Of a DNA stretch of 64,000 nucleotides, positions 40,306 to 50,171 are shown piece after piece (positions within the stretch are counted from its first letter, which is position 1; each line of letters opens with the position of its first letter). The notes beneath the pieces are model-generated. The model worked only from the letters and a program-made list of their open reading frames with translations. It was not told the origin of the DNA and made no database searches. Both the position numbers and the translations under genes were made by a program. This DNA is from an uncultured Nitratifractor sp. (GTDB taxonomy: Bacteria > Campylobacterota > Campylobacteria > Campylobacterales > Sulfurovaceae), in the NCBI GenBank assembly GCA_947311565.1, contig CAMZLH010000012.1:3173-67172 (forward strand). The letters are read 5' to 3'.

Positions 40306-41772
40306 CTATTTTGCAAACTCTATAGCTCGTGTTTGTCTTATAGCATTTACTTTTATAGTTCCTGGAAATTGCAATTTTTTCTCTATATCTTTTGCAATAT
40401 TATGAGTTAGAAGTGTTAGTTCATTATCATCAACCTCCATAGAGTCGATAAAGACTCTGATCTCTCTACCTGCATTAATTGCATATGCTTGCATTACACC
40501 ATTAAAACTTAGTGCAATTTTTTCTAACTCTTTAACTCTTTTAGTAAAGCTCTCTAGTACTTCTCTCCTAGCACCAGGTCTTGCAGCACTTAGTACATCG
40601 GCCGTACAAACTGCTGCGCTCTCTACTGTGAGTGGTTCCTCATGCCCATGGTGTGCATAAATTGCATTAATTACTATTGGGTGTTCATTATACTTTCTGC
40701 ATAAATCAGCACCTAAATCTACATGATTTCCATCGAAATCTTGTGTTAAAGCTTTACCTATATCGTGCAGTAAACCAGCTCTTAGTGCAAGTTTTTCATC
40801 TCCACCCATTTCAGCTGCTAATGACTTAGATAGTCTAGCTACCTCTAAAGAGTGAAGTAGAGTATTTTGCCCATAACTTGCTCTATATTTTAGTTTACCT
40901 AGCAACTTAATTAGCTCTTCATGCATTGGGTATAATCCTAAGTCTAAAATAACTCTTTCACCCTCTTCAAAGATTTTTTGTTCGAACTCAATTTGTACTT
41001 TTTGATGTATCTCTTCTATCTTACCTGGATGTATTCTTCCATCTTCGACTAACCTTTTTATTACTTCTGTTGCAATAGCCCTACGATAGAGATTGAAATT
41101 ACTAACTAAAATTACACCAGGTGTATCATCTACAATAATATCTACACCAAGTAACTGCTCTAGTGCTTTTATATTTCTACCCTCTTTGCCAATTATTCTA
41201 CCTTTGTGTTCATCACTTGGTAGATTAATTGTGTTAACTAATCTCTCACCTGCAAAGTCTCCAGCATATCTTGCAACAGCTTGTGCTAACATATAATTAG
41301 CACTCTTCTCTTGCTCTACTTTTGCATGTTTAATCATTTTTCTAGACTCTTTAGCTAAATCAGATTTTATCTCCTCTTTATGAATCTTTAAGAGTTCATC
41401 TTTTGCCTCTTGTTTTGTCATAGATGATACAGCAGATAGTTTATTAGATAGTTTAGTTATCAATTGACTTTTTTCAATATTTAACTCGTTTAATCTAGAC
41501 TCTCTTTCATTTATTGCTCTTATTTGTCTTTCGAGAGAGTTCTCTCTATCTTTAAGTTGTAACTCTAGTTGCTGAAGTTTTAGCTCCTCTTCTTTTAGCT
41601 TCTCTCTATTATTTAGTAAAAGTTTATCTGCTTCATTTTTTATAACATTTGCTTTAGCTTTTGCCTCTAGCTCATACACTTTAAATCTATTTCGAGCATA
41701 TAGTTTAGAAATAAGCCATCCAATAGCTATACCAACATTAATAAGTATTAAACCAATGATAATGGGTGTCAA
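40306..41772 (-). CDS. rny: Ribonuclease Y
   Basis: N-terminal TM helix, coiled coil, KH domain (GRIIGKEGRNI) and HD domain (LLHDIGKA). TTG start. Confidence 0.9.
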   Translation of the reverse strand: MTPIIIGLILINVGIAIGWLISKLYARNRFKVYELEAKAKANVIKNEADKLLLNNREKLKEEELKLQQLELQLKDRENSLERQIRAINERESRLNELNIEKSQLITKLSNKLSAVSSMTKQEAKDELLKIHKEEIKSDLAKESRKMIKHAKVEQEKSANYMLAQAVARYAGDFAGERLVNTINLPSDEHKGRIIGKEGRNIKALEQLLGVDIIVDDTPGVILVSNFNLYRRAIATEVIKRLVEDGRIHPGKIEEIHQKVQIEFEQKIFEEGERVILDLGLYPMHEELIKLLGKLKYRASYGQNTLLHSLEVARLSKSLAAEMGGDEKLALRAGLLHDIGKALTQDFDGNHVDLGADLCRKYNEHPIVINAIYAHHGHEEPLTVESAAVCTADVLSAARPGARREVLESFTKRVKELEKIALSFNGVMQAYAINAGREIRVFIDSMEVDDNELTLLTHNIAKDIEKKLQFPGTIKVNAIRQTRAIEFAK

Positions 41773-41781
41773 GTTAATCCT

Positions 41782-42360
41782 TTATATTTTAGAGTCTCTA
41801 ATATATTTTATTTCAATAAATGATTTTGCAATCATAGCATCTGCAGCTATGTCATAATTGTTTGTTATTAAGCTATTGGTGTAATATATATATCTTTGCA
41901 AAAATATAGTATATCCTATTTTTTTATTATTTTTTGCATAAAATCTATCATACATTCCCTTGCCAAAACCTACTCTTCTATAGCTTCTATCTACGCCAAG
42001 TAGTGGAACAATTGCAATATCTATTTTATCTATTTCTCTTAATGAATAGTTTGGTTCTTTTATTCCAAATTTTTTTATTTTTATTGGTAATCTATATTTT
42101 ACCAGTTTAAAACTGTCACCTTTTATAAAAGGAACATACACATTATACCCTTTTTCTCTTAATAGCTTTATTAGGGGCTTAATGTTGGGTTCACTTTTTA
42201 GTGGTATAAAGAGCATTATATCTTTGTATTTCTCTCTTTTTATTAAATTTAATAGATTAAAGTTTAATATTTTATCTATTTTATAGTTATTAACTCTTCT
42301 TTTTTTTAGTTTTAATAGAGCTTCTTTTCTAAAAGAGTTTTTTTTCTCTGTTTTATTCAT
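41782..42360 (-). CDS. 5-formyltetrahydrofolate cyclo-ligase family protein
   Basis: VPLLGVDRSYRRVGFGKGMYDRF matches the MTHFS G.G.GYYDR-type motif. Confidence 0.7.
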   Translation of the reverse strand: MNKTEKKNSFRKEALLKLKKRRVNNYKIDKILNFNLLNLIKREKYKDIMLFIPLKSEPNIKPLIKLLREKGYNVYVPFIKGDSFKLVKYRLPIKIKKFGIKEPNYSLREIDKIDIAIVPLLGVDRSYRRVGFGKGMYDRFYAKNNKKIGYTIFLQRYIYYTNSLITNNYDIAADAMIAKSFIEIKYIRDSKI

Positions 42361-42448
42361 TTAATGTAACCTTATATTTGGTATAATCTTTTACTTAATT
42401 AGTACGGTAATGGAGTTACCTTAAAGTATTATAACAATAAGGATATTA

Positions 42449-43312
42449 ATGTTTGGCTTTATAAAAAAGGCATTTGGCAGATCAGAAGATGATTCTGTTA
42501 AAAAAAGAAAGAAAGAAAAAATAGATAAAGATGAGTTAGAAGATCTACTATTAGAGGCTGATGTTGGATATGAATTAATAGAGAATCTTTTAGAACAACT
42601 GCCAGATCAAATTAGTAGAGTTCAACTATATAACTCTTTAGTTGCTGTATTTGATTATAAGGCAAATTGGATATATCCAGAGAATCAAAAGCCATTTGTT
42701 GAGATGATTATTGGTGTAAATGGTGCTGGAAAGACTACAACAATATCTAAATTAGCAAATCTATATAAGCAAGATGGGAAGAGAGTTATGCTTGGAGCTG
42801 GTGATACATTTAGAGCAGCAGCAATAGAACAACTTAGTCGTTGGGCTAAAAAGATAGATATTCCAATTGTTGCAACAAGACAAGGACATGATCCATCAGC
42901 AGTAGTATTTGATACTATAAAGTCTGCAATAGCAAAAGATATAGATAATGTAATTATAGATACGGCAGGGAGACTACATACACAAGTTAATCTCTCAGAA
43001 GAGCTTAAAAAAATGGTAAGAGTTGCAGATAAAGCTTTAAGTGGAACACCTCATAGAAAGATACTTATTTTAGATGGTACACAAGGGAGTTCTACTATTA
43101 ATCAGGCTAAAGCATTTGATGAGATGATAGGTATAGATGGAATTATTATAACTAAGCTTGATGGTACAGCAAAGGGTGGGGCTCTTTTAACAATTGCTAA
43201 TGAGTTAAAGATGCCACTCTATTATATAGGGGTAGGTGAAAAGCCAGAAGATCTATTAAAATTTGATGTTAAGTGGTATATAAACTCTATATTAGATGAG
43301 ATTTTTAGTTAA
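42449..43312 (+). CDS. ftsY: Signal-recognition-particle receptor FtsY
   Basis: SRP GTPase motifs: GVNGAGKTTT, DTFRAAA, DTAGR, TKLDGTAKGG. Confidence 0.93.
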   Translation: MFGFIKKAFGRSEDDSVKKRKKEKIDKDELEDLLLEADVGYELIENLLEQLPDQISRVQLYNSLVAVFDYKANWIYPENQKPFVEMIIGVNGAGKTTTISKLANLYKQDGKRVMLGAGDTFRAAAIEQLSRWAKKIDIPIVATRQGHDPSAVVFDTIKSAIAKDIDNVIIDTAGRLHTQVNLSEELKKMVRVADKALSGTPHRKILILDGTQGSSTINQAKAFDEMIGIDGIIITKLDGTAKGGALLTIANELKMPLYYIGVGEKPEDLLKFDVKWYINSILDEIFS

Positions 43313-43393
43313 CTTAAACCTAATCTATACAAAGTATTAACAAGAGTTAGTAGATATAGAAAATAGCTTAACTTTTTATATTAATAGATAACT

Positions 43394-45391
43394 TTAAGCG
43401 CTAAGTTCTTTAATAATATTACTCTTAAGAAGCTGTAATCTATTTGACATTGAGTATATTAGTGAGTTATCAAATATACTATTATCATTAATTGCACTCT
43501 CGATATCTATTAGAGAGCTAACTAACTCATTGGCATCTATATCTCTTGCAATACTCTTTAAGTCTTGCAAAAGAGATAGTGCCTGAGTCTCCCTATGCTC
43601 TTTAATATACTTTTCAAGCATCTTATCGCTCTCACCATAAATAACTATAAACTCTTTTAAACTATCTCGATCTCTATGTTTTAATAAACTCTTTTTTGTG
43701 TTACTATTTATCTCTATAGAGAGGTATCTCTTTAGAAGTTTATCTAGTTCAGAACTATCAAATGGCTTAGGTAGATAAGAGTCAAAACCTATCTTAAATA
43801 TACTATCCATACTACTTTTATTTGTTGAAAATGATGTATGTATTATTACAGGAATTGCATTATACTCTTCATCTTCTCTAATTTTTTTAATTGTCTCGTA
43901 GCCATCTAGTCTAGGCATTATACTATCTAATAAAACCATATCAAACCTCTCCTTTTTTAGAGAGGTTAATACATCTACACCATTAGTATGCGTAACTACA
44001 TCTATATCATATTTTTTGAGCATATACTCTAAAATATGTAAATTTGTTCTATCATCGTCTGCAATTAAAATCTTAACTCTTTTTGATAGTTTATTGGTTT
44101 TTTTAGGTATGTTGTTATCTACTAATTTATGAGAATCTTTATCTACCATTTCACTATCATAAATATTCTCTATCTTATTATATAGTTCTTGATCAATTTT
44201 TTCTATTTCCACTCTCTCTTCAACTAGGTTTGATGGATATAGTTTATTTTCATCACTTAATAAAGCTATAACTTTTAACTCAGAGTATTTTTTTATTGTA
44301 ATTAGATATTCAGTTAATATTGGTTCAAAATAGCTACCATCTATAAAGGCAATATCATAATCCATAAAGTTTGGTATCTCTTTATTTAGTTTTTTTGTAG
44401 AGTCTATTTTTACATTAAAATTTAAACTCTTTAAGTGTTCTGATAATATATAACCACTCTCATAATCTGAAATAATAAGAGCTTTTTTTGTTCTATTTAG
44501 TACTCTATTTGGTATGGTCTTAACTACACTATTGTATTTAATATCTATAGGAATCGATATAGAGACTCTATATGTATCTTCTTTATCACTATTGATTATT
44601 AGTTTAGCATTAATTTGATTAGCTAATTTTTTAACTAGATATAGATATACTCCATAATATTTATGAGACTTTTTAGAGTATATTGGCTCTATTTCATTAG
44701 AAAATAGTGTCTCAATATGTCTATTTAATTTTAACTCTCTATCTATATCTATAGTTAAAGAGTTAGGGTCCTCTTCTAGATAGATATCAAATTTTGACTC
44801 TTTGTAGCTATGCTCTGTAGTTTGGTGCTTGTTTAGTAAAAAGATTATATTTAAAATAGCATCTTTATTTGCAAATAGTTTGCTATTGGTTGAAACTATA
44901 TTTGGTTGATTAGTAATATTAAATTCAGATAAGCCTTTTAATAAACTATTAAGCTTAAACTCTTCTGCTGTACCAATTTTTTCATCATTAATAATATTTA
45001 AAAAAATCTCCTCTTCTTTATTACTTAAAAAAATCTCTTTATATCTCCTCTTTAATCTCTCTATCCCTTCAATGTCATCTAGCTCCTTAGATAGAGTATC
45101 AATATCATCTTTTAACTCTTTAGTAGAGTTTATCCGACTATTATTTATGTCATTAATATAGCTACGATTAGAGATATCTTTAGATTTTTTTTGCATTATT
45201 GAGTTTTTATTTTTATTTTTATTACTTCTTATATCTTTCATAACAGAGAAAATAAGTAGTAAAAAGAGTATCGCTAAGACTATAACTGTTATCCAATTCC
45301 AACTTAGAGTTTTAAACTTTAAAATATTTTCAGCGCTAAGATAAGTGGTAAAATATGTAAATAATAGTGCCATTTTTAGGTTTATCTTCAC
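43394..45391 (-). CDS. Membrane-anchored protein with a receiver domain, plus degenerate kinase-like and Hpt-like regions
   Basis: Signal/TM N-terminus. Canonical receiver ILIADDD..VLLDSIMPRLDG..HTS..KP at about aa 440-555. The upstream region resembles a decayed HATPase/receiver, and the C-terminal helical region reads LLQDLKS where Hpt has HxxKG. Confidence 0.6.
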   Translation of the reverse strand: MKINLKMALLFTYFTTYLSAENILKFKTLSWNWITVIVLAILFLLLIFSVMKDIRSNKNKNKNSIMQKKSKDISNRSYINDINNSRINSTKELKDDIDTLSKELDDIEGIERLKRRYKEIFLSNKEEEIFLNIINDEKIGTAEEFKLNSLLKGLSEFNITNQPNIVSTNSKLFANKDAILNIIFLLNKHQTTEHSYKESKFDIYLEEDPNSLTIDIDRELKLNRHIETLFSNEIEPIYSKKSHKYYGVYLYLVKKLANQINAKLIINSDKEDTYRVSISIPIDIKYNSVVKTIPNRVLNRTKKALIISDYESGYILSEHLKSLNFNVKIDSTKKLNKEIPNFMDYDIAFIDGSYFEPILTEYLITIKKYSELKVIALLSDENKLYPSNLVEERVEIEKIDQELYNKIENIYDSEMVDKDSHKLVDNNIPKKTNKLSKRVKILIADDDRTNLHILEYMLKKYDIDVVTHTNGVDVLTSLKKERFDMVLLDSIMPRLDGYETIKKIREDEEYNAIPVIIHTSFSTNKSSMDSIFKIGFDSYLPKPFDSSELDKLLKRYLSIEINSNTKKSLLKHRDRDSLKEFIVIYGESDKMLEKYIKEHRETQALSLLQDLKSIARDIDANELVSSLIDIESAINDNSIFDNSLIYSMSNRLQLLKSNIIKELSA

Positions 45392-45526
45392 TATAATTCC
45401 CCTTTTGTAATCTTTATATTGATTATATCATAAATATAAAAAAATCACTATATCTATTTCATTTTTTAGTTAATTAATGCGAGAAATTAGTTATTTATTA
45501 TATAATTAACTAAAAAGTGGGTTCTA

Positions 45527-46870
45527 ATGGCAAAAAAGAAAGTGGTTTACGAGTGTCAAAATTGTGGCTTTCAATCTCCAAGATGGACAGGTAAATGTCC
45601 GGGTTGTAACTCCTGGGATTCACTTTTAGAGTTAAATCAAGAGCAGATTGATTATCTAAAAAAGAGTTCAAAAGTAAAAGTATCTAACTCTAAAGCTATA
45701 TCTATTACTAAAATTAAAGCAGAAGATATTAAGAGGTTTAGTAGCAACTCTAAAGAGTTAGATCTAGTTTTAGGTGGTGGTATAGTAAATGGATCATTAA
45801 CTTTAATAGGTGGAAGTCCTGGTATTGGTAAATCTACACTTCTTTTAAAAATAGCTGGAAATCTAGCAAAAGATAACTATGATGTATTATATGTATCTGG
45901 TGAAGAGTCTGCATCTCAAATAAAGCTTAGAGGTGATAGATTAGGATCAAATATAGATACATTATATCTTTTGGCAGAAATAAATATGGGTAGTATTTTA
46001 GATGAGATAGAGAGTAAAGAGTACTCCTTTATAGTTATAGACTCTATTCAGACAATATATAACAGTGAAGTACCATCGGCTCCAGGCTCGGTAACACAAG
46101 TTAGAGCAGTAACTTTTGAGCTTATGCGTATTGCCAAATCTAAAAATATTCCAATATTCATAATAGGACATATTACTAAAGATGGATCAATCGCAGGTCC
46201 TAGAGTATTAGAGCATATGGTAGATACAGTTCTCTATTTTGAGGGCGATACAAATAGTGATTTAAGACTACTTAGAAGCTTTAAAAATCGTTTTGGCTCT
46301 ACTAACGAGGTTGGTATTTTTGAAATGGATAGTAGTGGACTTAGAGATGCAAAGAGTATGAGTGAGAGGTTTTTTAATAAAGAGTCATTAATGCCAGGTT
46401 CTGCACTAACTATAATTATGGAAGGGTCTAGACCAATTGTTATTGAGGTACAAGCTCTTGTAACATCAGCTTATGCAAATCCTAAACGCAGCTCTACAGG
46501 CTTTGATAGTAATAGATTAAATATGCTATTAGCTCTTTTAGAGAAAAAATTAGATCTACCACTAGGTACATATGATATTTTTGTAAATGTAGTTGGTGGT
46601 ATTAAAATTCAAGAGACAAGTGCAGATTTGGCTATAATTGCAGCAATTTTAAGCAGTTTTAGGGAGAGAGAACTTAGTAGTAAAACTCTGTTTATTGGAG
46701 AAGTTAGCTTAACAGGTGAGGTAAGAGATGTACCAAATATGCTGCAGCGTTTAAAAGAAGCAAAGACACAAGGATTTGCAAATGCAGTAGTACCTAGTAA
46801 TCCTATAGAGAAGAGTGAGCTAAAAACTTATATAGCTAATAGTGTAGAAAAAATTATAGAGTGGATGTAA
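45527..46870 (+). CDS. radA: DNA repair protein RadA/Sms
   Basis: N-terminal Zn finger CQNCG..CPGC, Walker A GGSPGIGKST, a KNRFG motif and a Lon-like C-terminal domain. Confidence 0.95.
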   Translation: MAKKKVVYECQNCGFQSPRWTGKCPGCNSWDSLLELNQEQIDYLKKSSKVKVSNSKAISITKIKAEDIKRFSSNSKELDLVLGGGIVNGSLTLIGGSPGIGKSTLLLKIAGNLAKDNYDVLYVSGEESASQIKLRGDRLGSNIDTLYLLAEINMGSILDEIESKEYSFIVIDSIQTIYNSEVPSAPGSVTQVRAVTFELMRIAKSKNIPIFIIGHITKDGSIAGPRVLEHMVDTVLYFEGDTNSDLRLLRSFKNRFGSTNEVGIFEMDSSGLRDAKSMSERFFNKESLMPGSALTIIMEGSRPIVIEVQALVTSAYANPKRSSTGFDSNRLNMLLALLEKKLDLPLGTYDIFVNVVGGIKIQETSADLAIIAAILSSFRERELSSKTLFIGEVSLTGEVRDVPNMLQRLKEAKTQGFANAVVPSNPIEKSELKTYIANSVEKIIEWM

Positions 46871-47217
46871 TGGGCATTAAAATTGGAACGGATATTGTAA
46901 GTATTGATAGAGTAAAAAACTCTATAGATAAGTTTGGAGATAGATTTTTAAATAGATTTTTAACAGAATATGAAATTAAAAGTGTTAAAAAAGTAGAATC
47001 AATTGCAGGTTATTGGGCTGCAAAAGAGGCTATCTCTAAAGCTTTAGGTTGTGGTATTGGTAAAGAGTTAGATTTTAAAGATATTGAGATTAAAAAAGAT
47101 AGTTATGGTGCACCACACTTTTATATTACAAATAAGAGATTTACTATTTTAGACTCATCTATATCTATCTCTCATGATAAAGGCTTTGCTATTGCTGTAG
47201 TGGTCATAACTATTTAA
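46870..47217 (+). CDS. acpS: Holo-[acyl-carrier-protein] synthase
   Basis: GTDIV...R and A.KEA..KA motifs. I prefer the ATG at 46870, which shares one nucleotide with the radA TAA, over the GTG at 46861 in the ORF track. Confidence 0.85.
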   Translation: MGIKIGTDIVSIDRVKNSIDKFGDRFLNRFLTEYEIKSVKKVESIAGYWAAKEAISKALGCGIGKELDFKDIEIKKDSYGAPHFYITNKRFTILDSSISISHDKGFAIAVVVITI

Positions 47218-47275
47218 CTAAAATTAATATCTAGTAATATATAATAATAATAATAGTTACACATAAGGGATATAT

Positions 47276-47704
47276 ATGAATATAAAAATAATACTGTCGG
47301 TTGCTTTGATCTCTGTTGTTATGAATGGATGTTTAATTGATAAAATAAAGCAAAAAATTTACCATAAAAGTCAAAAGGATAGAGATATTAATAGAAAAAG
47401 TAAAAAGCTATATAAACCAACACCATCTACGTTAAAAGTAGAAGAGAAGTTTATTGAGAATAAAACTATAGCTCCAAGTAGAAGAGAGAAAAGTAAAAAA
47501 AGTAAAAATAGTGTCTATAAAAGTAGTAAAAAAGTATTAAAAAAGAGTAAAACAAAACATATAAAAAAGAAGATTAAACCAGAGCCTTATAGCATAGAGA
47601 AAGATGAAACAGACCCAGAACTATTAGGACCACAATCTACACTAGACTCTAACCCTCTAAAGAAATCAAAAGAGAAAGTTAAAGAGAAAGTTAAAAAAAA
47701 TTAA
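47276..47704 (+). CDS. Lysine-rich lipoprotein with a C-terminal KPEPYS..DPELLGPQSTLD motif
   Basis: Lipobox VMNGC. The motif is shared with the ORF at 47989-48321. Confidence 0.55.
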   Translation: MNIKIILSVALISVVMNGCLIDKIKQKIYHKSQKDRDINRKSKKLYKPTPSTLKVEEKFIENKTIAPSRREKSKKSKNSVYKSSKKVLKKSKTKHIKKKIKPEPYSIEKDETDPELLGPQSTLDSNPLKKSKEKVKEKVKKN

Positions 47705-47901
47705 CCACCTCCAACAAAGTGAAGTAGCTCTACTTTACTTTTATCTTTAATATTAAAACTTCTCCACTTCTCTTTTTTAACAATATTCATATCTATAGCA
47801 GCTGCCATAACTTTATCCTCTATTTTTAAATAATTTAATAGCTCCTCTATAGTTAACTCTTTTTCAAAACTTAACTCTTCACCATTTACTACTATATTCA
47901 T
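47701..47901 (-). CDS. thiS: ThiS/MoaD-family sulfur-carrier protein
   Basis: 66 aa with a beta-grasp pattern (VNGE.....TI..LL) and a C-terminal GG. Its stop overlaps the convergent lipoprotein stop (TTAA). Confidence 0.75.
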   Translation of the reverse strand: MNIVVNGEELSFEKELTIEELLNYLKIEDKVMAAAIDMNIVKKEKWRSFNIKDKSKVELLHFVGGG

Positions 47902-47988
47902 AATAATCCTACTTTTTTAGATGGATTTTATCAAAATTTTAACAAAAGTCAAGTAAAATCAATTAATCATATACATAAGGAGAGCTAG

Positions 47989-48321
47989 ATGTACTTAAAG
48001 GTAGCATTAGTTACATCAATATCACTACTATTTATTGGTTGTTCAGTAACTTCCCAACCAAAACCTAAAGATCAAAATAAAGATGGTAATCTAACAGTTA
48101 TTGTACCTACTGTTGCAGAAGAGACTAGTGAAGAGAGTAGAGTTACTCCTATAAAAAAAGATAAGGTAGTTGTAAGAGATAAGAAGTACAACTTAAAACC
48201 AGAACCATTTAGTTTAGAGGGTAATGAAGATGATCCTGAACTACTAGGACCACAATCTACACTTGATAAAAATGTAGATAATAATGATACTAAAAGTAAA
48301 GAAAACGACGAAAGTATCTAA
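47989..48321 (+). CDS. Lipoprotein, paralogue of 47276-47704 (KPEPFS..DPELLGPQSTLD)
   Basis: Lipobox LFIGC and the shared C-terminal motif. Confidence 0.55.
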   Translation: MYLKVALVTSISLLFIGCSVTSQPKPKDQNKDGNLTVIVPTVAEETSEESRVTPIKKDKVVVRDKKYNLKPEPFSLEGNEDDPELLGPQSTLDKNVDNNDTKSKENDESI

Positions 48322-48345
48322 CCATAAATAGTAGAAGTAAGAGCC

Positions 48346-49278
48346 TTAAAGTGTAGATATTTTACTTGCATCTATCATAGAGTCGATACTATTTTCTATA
48401 TTTATGGCTAAGGCATCAATATTATAACCTCCCTCTAAAAATAGTATTTTAGGTATATTGGGATTCTGTGATAGTATTATATTCATCATTTTTTTTATTC
48501 CATTAAAAGTTATATCTAACATAGCTAATGGGTCACTCTCATGTAGATCATATCCCGCAGATATTAATATAATATCTGGGTTAAATGTTTTAATTAAAGG
48601 TGGTAACTCTTCTCTATAAGCCTCTATCAACTCTTTATCTGTAGAGTTTGGCATGAGTGGATAGTTAAATGTATATCCCTTTGCATCTTTAGCTCCTGTT
48701 TCGCTTGGGTCTCCACTGCCTGGATATGTAAAGGCTTGGTGTGTACTAAAGTAAAAAACAGAACTATCACTATAGAAAGTATCTTGTGTTCCATTTCCAT
48801 GGTGAACATCAAAATCTATAATAAATACTCGTTTATAACCAATAGATTGGGCATATTTAGCAGAAATAGCAATATTATTAAAGAGACAAAACCCCATAGA
48901 TTTGTTAGGTGTTGCATGGTGACCTGGTGGCCTAACAAGACAAAAAGCTAATCTGTATTTCCCCAAGTTTATTAAGTTTAATGCCTTTATACCAGCACCG
49001 ACTGCATATTTAGCTGCTATAAAGCTATCTTTAGATGTTGGAGTATCCATATCTAAATAGTCACTATTTTTAGATGCCTCTTCTACTCTATTATAGTGTT
49101 TGATTGTATGAACAGTTAATATTTGCTCTTTAGATGCCTCAATAGAAGATAAAATATCTATTTTATCACCAAACTTATTTAACTTTTTATAGATAGCTAC
49201 TAACCTGCTAATTGATTCAGGATGATCAATTGTATAGTGTTGTAGATATATATCATCTATTATAATTAGTGGTTTCAT
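48346..49278 (-). CDS. Histone-deacetylase-family (arginase fold) deacetylase, AcuC/acetylpolyamine-amidohydrolase-like
   Basis: RPPGHHA, FDVHHGNGTQ and GGY motifs. I prefer the start MKPLIIID at 49278, which forms an ATGA overlap with the upstream stop, over 49332 in the ORF track. Confidence 0.85.
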   Translation of the reverse strand: MKPLIIIDDIYLQHYTIDHPESISRLVAIYKKLNKFGDKIDILSSIEASKEQILTVHTIKHYNRVEEASKNSDYLDMDTPTSKDSFIAAKYAVGAGIKALNLINLGKYRLAFCLVRPPGHHATPNKSMGFCLFNNIAISAKYAQSIGYKRVFIIDFDVHHGNGTQDTFYSDSSVFYFSTHQAFTYPGSGDPSETGAKDAKGYTFNYPLMPNSTDKELIEAYREELPPLIKTFNPDIILISAGYDLHESDPLAMLDITFNGIKKMMNIILSQNPNIPKILFLEGGYNIDALAINIENSIDSMIDASKISTL

Positions 49279-50144
49279 TCGAAATCTACTAAATCTATAA
49301 TTTTTATCCAATCTTTTAATCCCTCTCTCCATATGTAACTATTAGGTTTAAGTTTTGAGTTATCAATAAGATTAGTAATATCTTTTTTGCTATATGCTCC
49401 ATCTACTTGAGAGTTATTAATAATAAAGTATTTTTTAATATTCTCATCTTTAGTACTAACTATACTCTCTCTTCCTTTTTTTTCAATTCTAAATATACTT
49501 TTTCTTATATCTATAGATGTAGCATACAGACCAATTTCACTTATCCTACTATTACAAGAGTTAACTAAAAATTTATTTAACTCTATCTTATTTTGTAAGA
49601 GTTCAAAGAGTGGTATTGTTCTGTTGGCAATAATATCTGGAAGTATTGCGAGAGATAGTCTCTCTAAATATTTAACTATCCTTTTATTAGATAATTTTAT
49701 ACCTTTTCTTAATATATGAGTTAAAAATTTATAAGGATTAGATATAGATATCTCTATACTCCCTTCCATATTAACTCTTATTATATTATTTTTTAAATCT
49801 TTTATTAAAAACGGAGATTTGTTTGACAAACGTAAATTAAAACTATCTAGCTTTATATAGTAAATATCAGCATTAAATACACCATCTCTAATACTCTGCC
49901 AATTTAACTCTTTAGCTATATTTGGTAGGGTATCTATATTTAGTATATGTTCACCTTTATCTATAATATCATATATTTCATGGTTTAAATTGATAATAAG
50001 AGCATAATTGTTAGCTATTTTGACTCTACAATTATATATAATATCTCTACCATCTATAGGAACTTTGTAGATAATTTTATCTAAATTTCCATTATGGTTA
50101 ATTGTATTTATAAAATCACTAAATAACCAGCTAAATATTTTCAT
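49275..50144 (-). CDS. SPFH-like (COG4260/YdjI-type) protein with a C-terminal GYF_2-like domain
   Basis: The N-terminal roughly 230 aa resemble the YdjI-type pattern (from memory). The C-terminus ..KLKPNSYIWREGLKDWIKIIDL fits the GYF_2 W..G...W pattern. Confidence 0.5.
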   Translation of the reverse strand: MKIFSWLFSDFINTINHNGNLDKIIYKVPIDGRDIIYNCRVKIANNYALIINLNHEIYDIIDKGEHILNIDTLPNIAKELNWQSIRDGVFNADIYYIKLDSFNLRLSNKSPFLIKDLKNNIIRVNMEGSIEISISNPYKFLTHILRKGIKLSNKRIVKYLERLSLAILPDIIANRTIPLFELLQNKIELNKFLVNSCNSRISEIGLYATSIDIRKSIFRIEKKGRESIVSTKDENIKKYFIINNSQVDGAYSKKDITNLIDNSKLKPNSYIWREGLKDWIKIIDLVDFE

Positions 50145-50171
50145 TAAATTCCCTTGCTTATCTCCTATAAA

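Noticed and set aside
47902-47988. TPP riboswitch upstream of the orphan thiS.
   Set aside because: The 87-bp spacer has no CUGAGA/ACCUGAUCUGGAUAAUGCCAGCG-like core and is too short for a THI element plus expression platform.
49275-49332. 58-nt overlap between the HDAC-family ORF and the upstream SPFH/GYF ORF, as drawn in the ORF track.
   Set aside because: An internal ATG at 49278 (MKPLIIID..) gives a standard ATGA stop/start overlap, and it removes an N-terminal extension with no resemblance to deacetylase N-termini.
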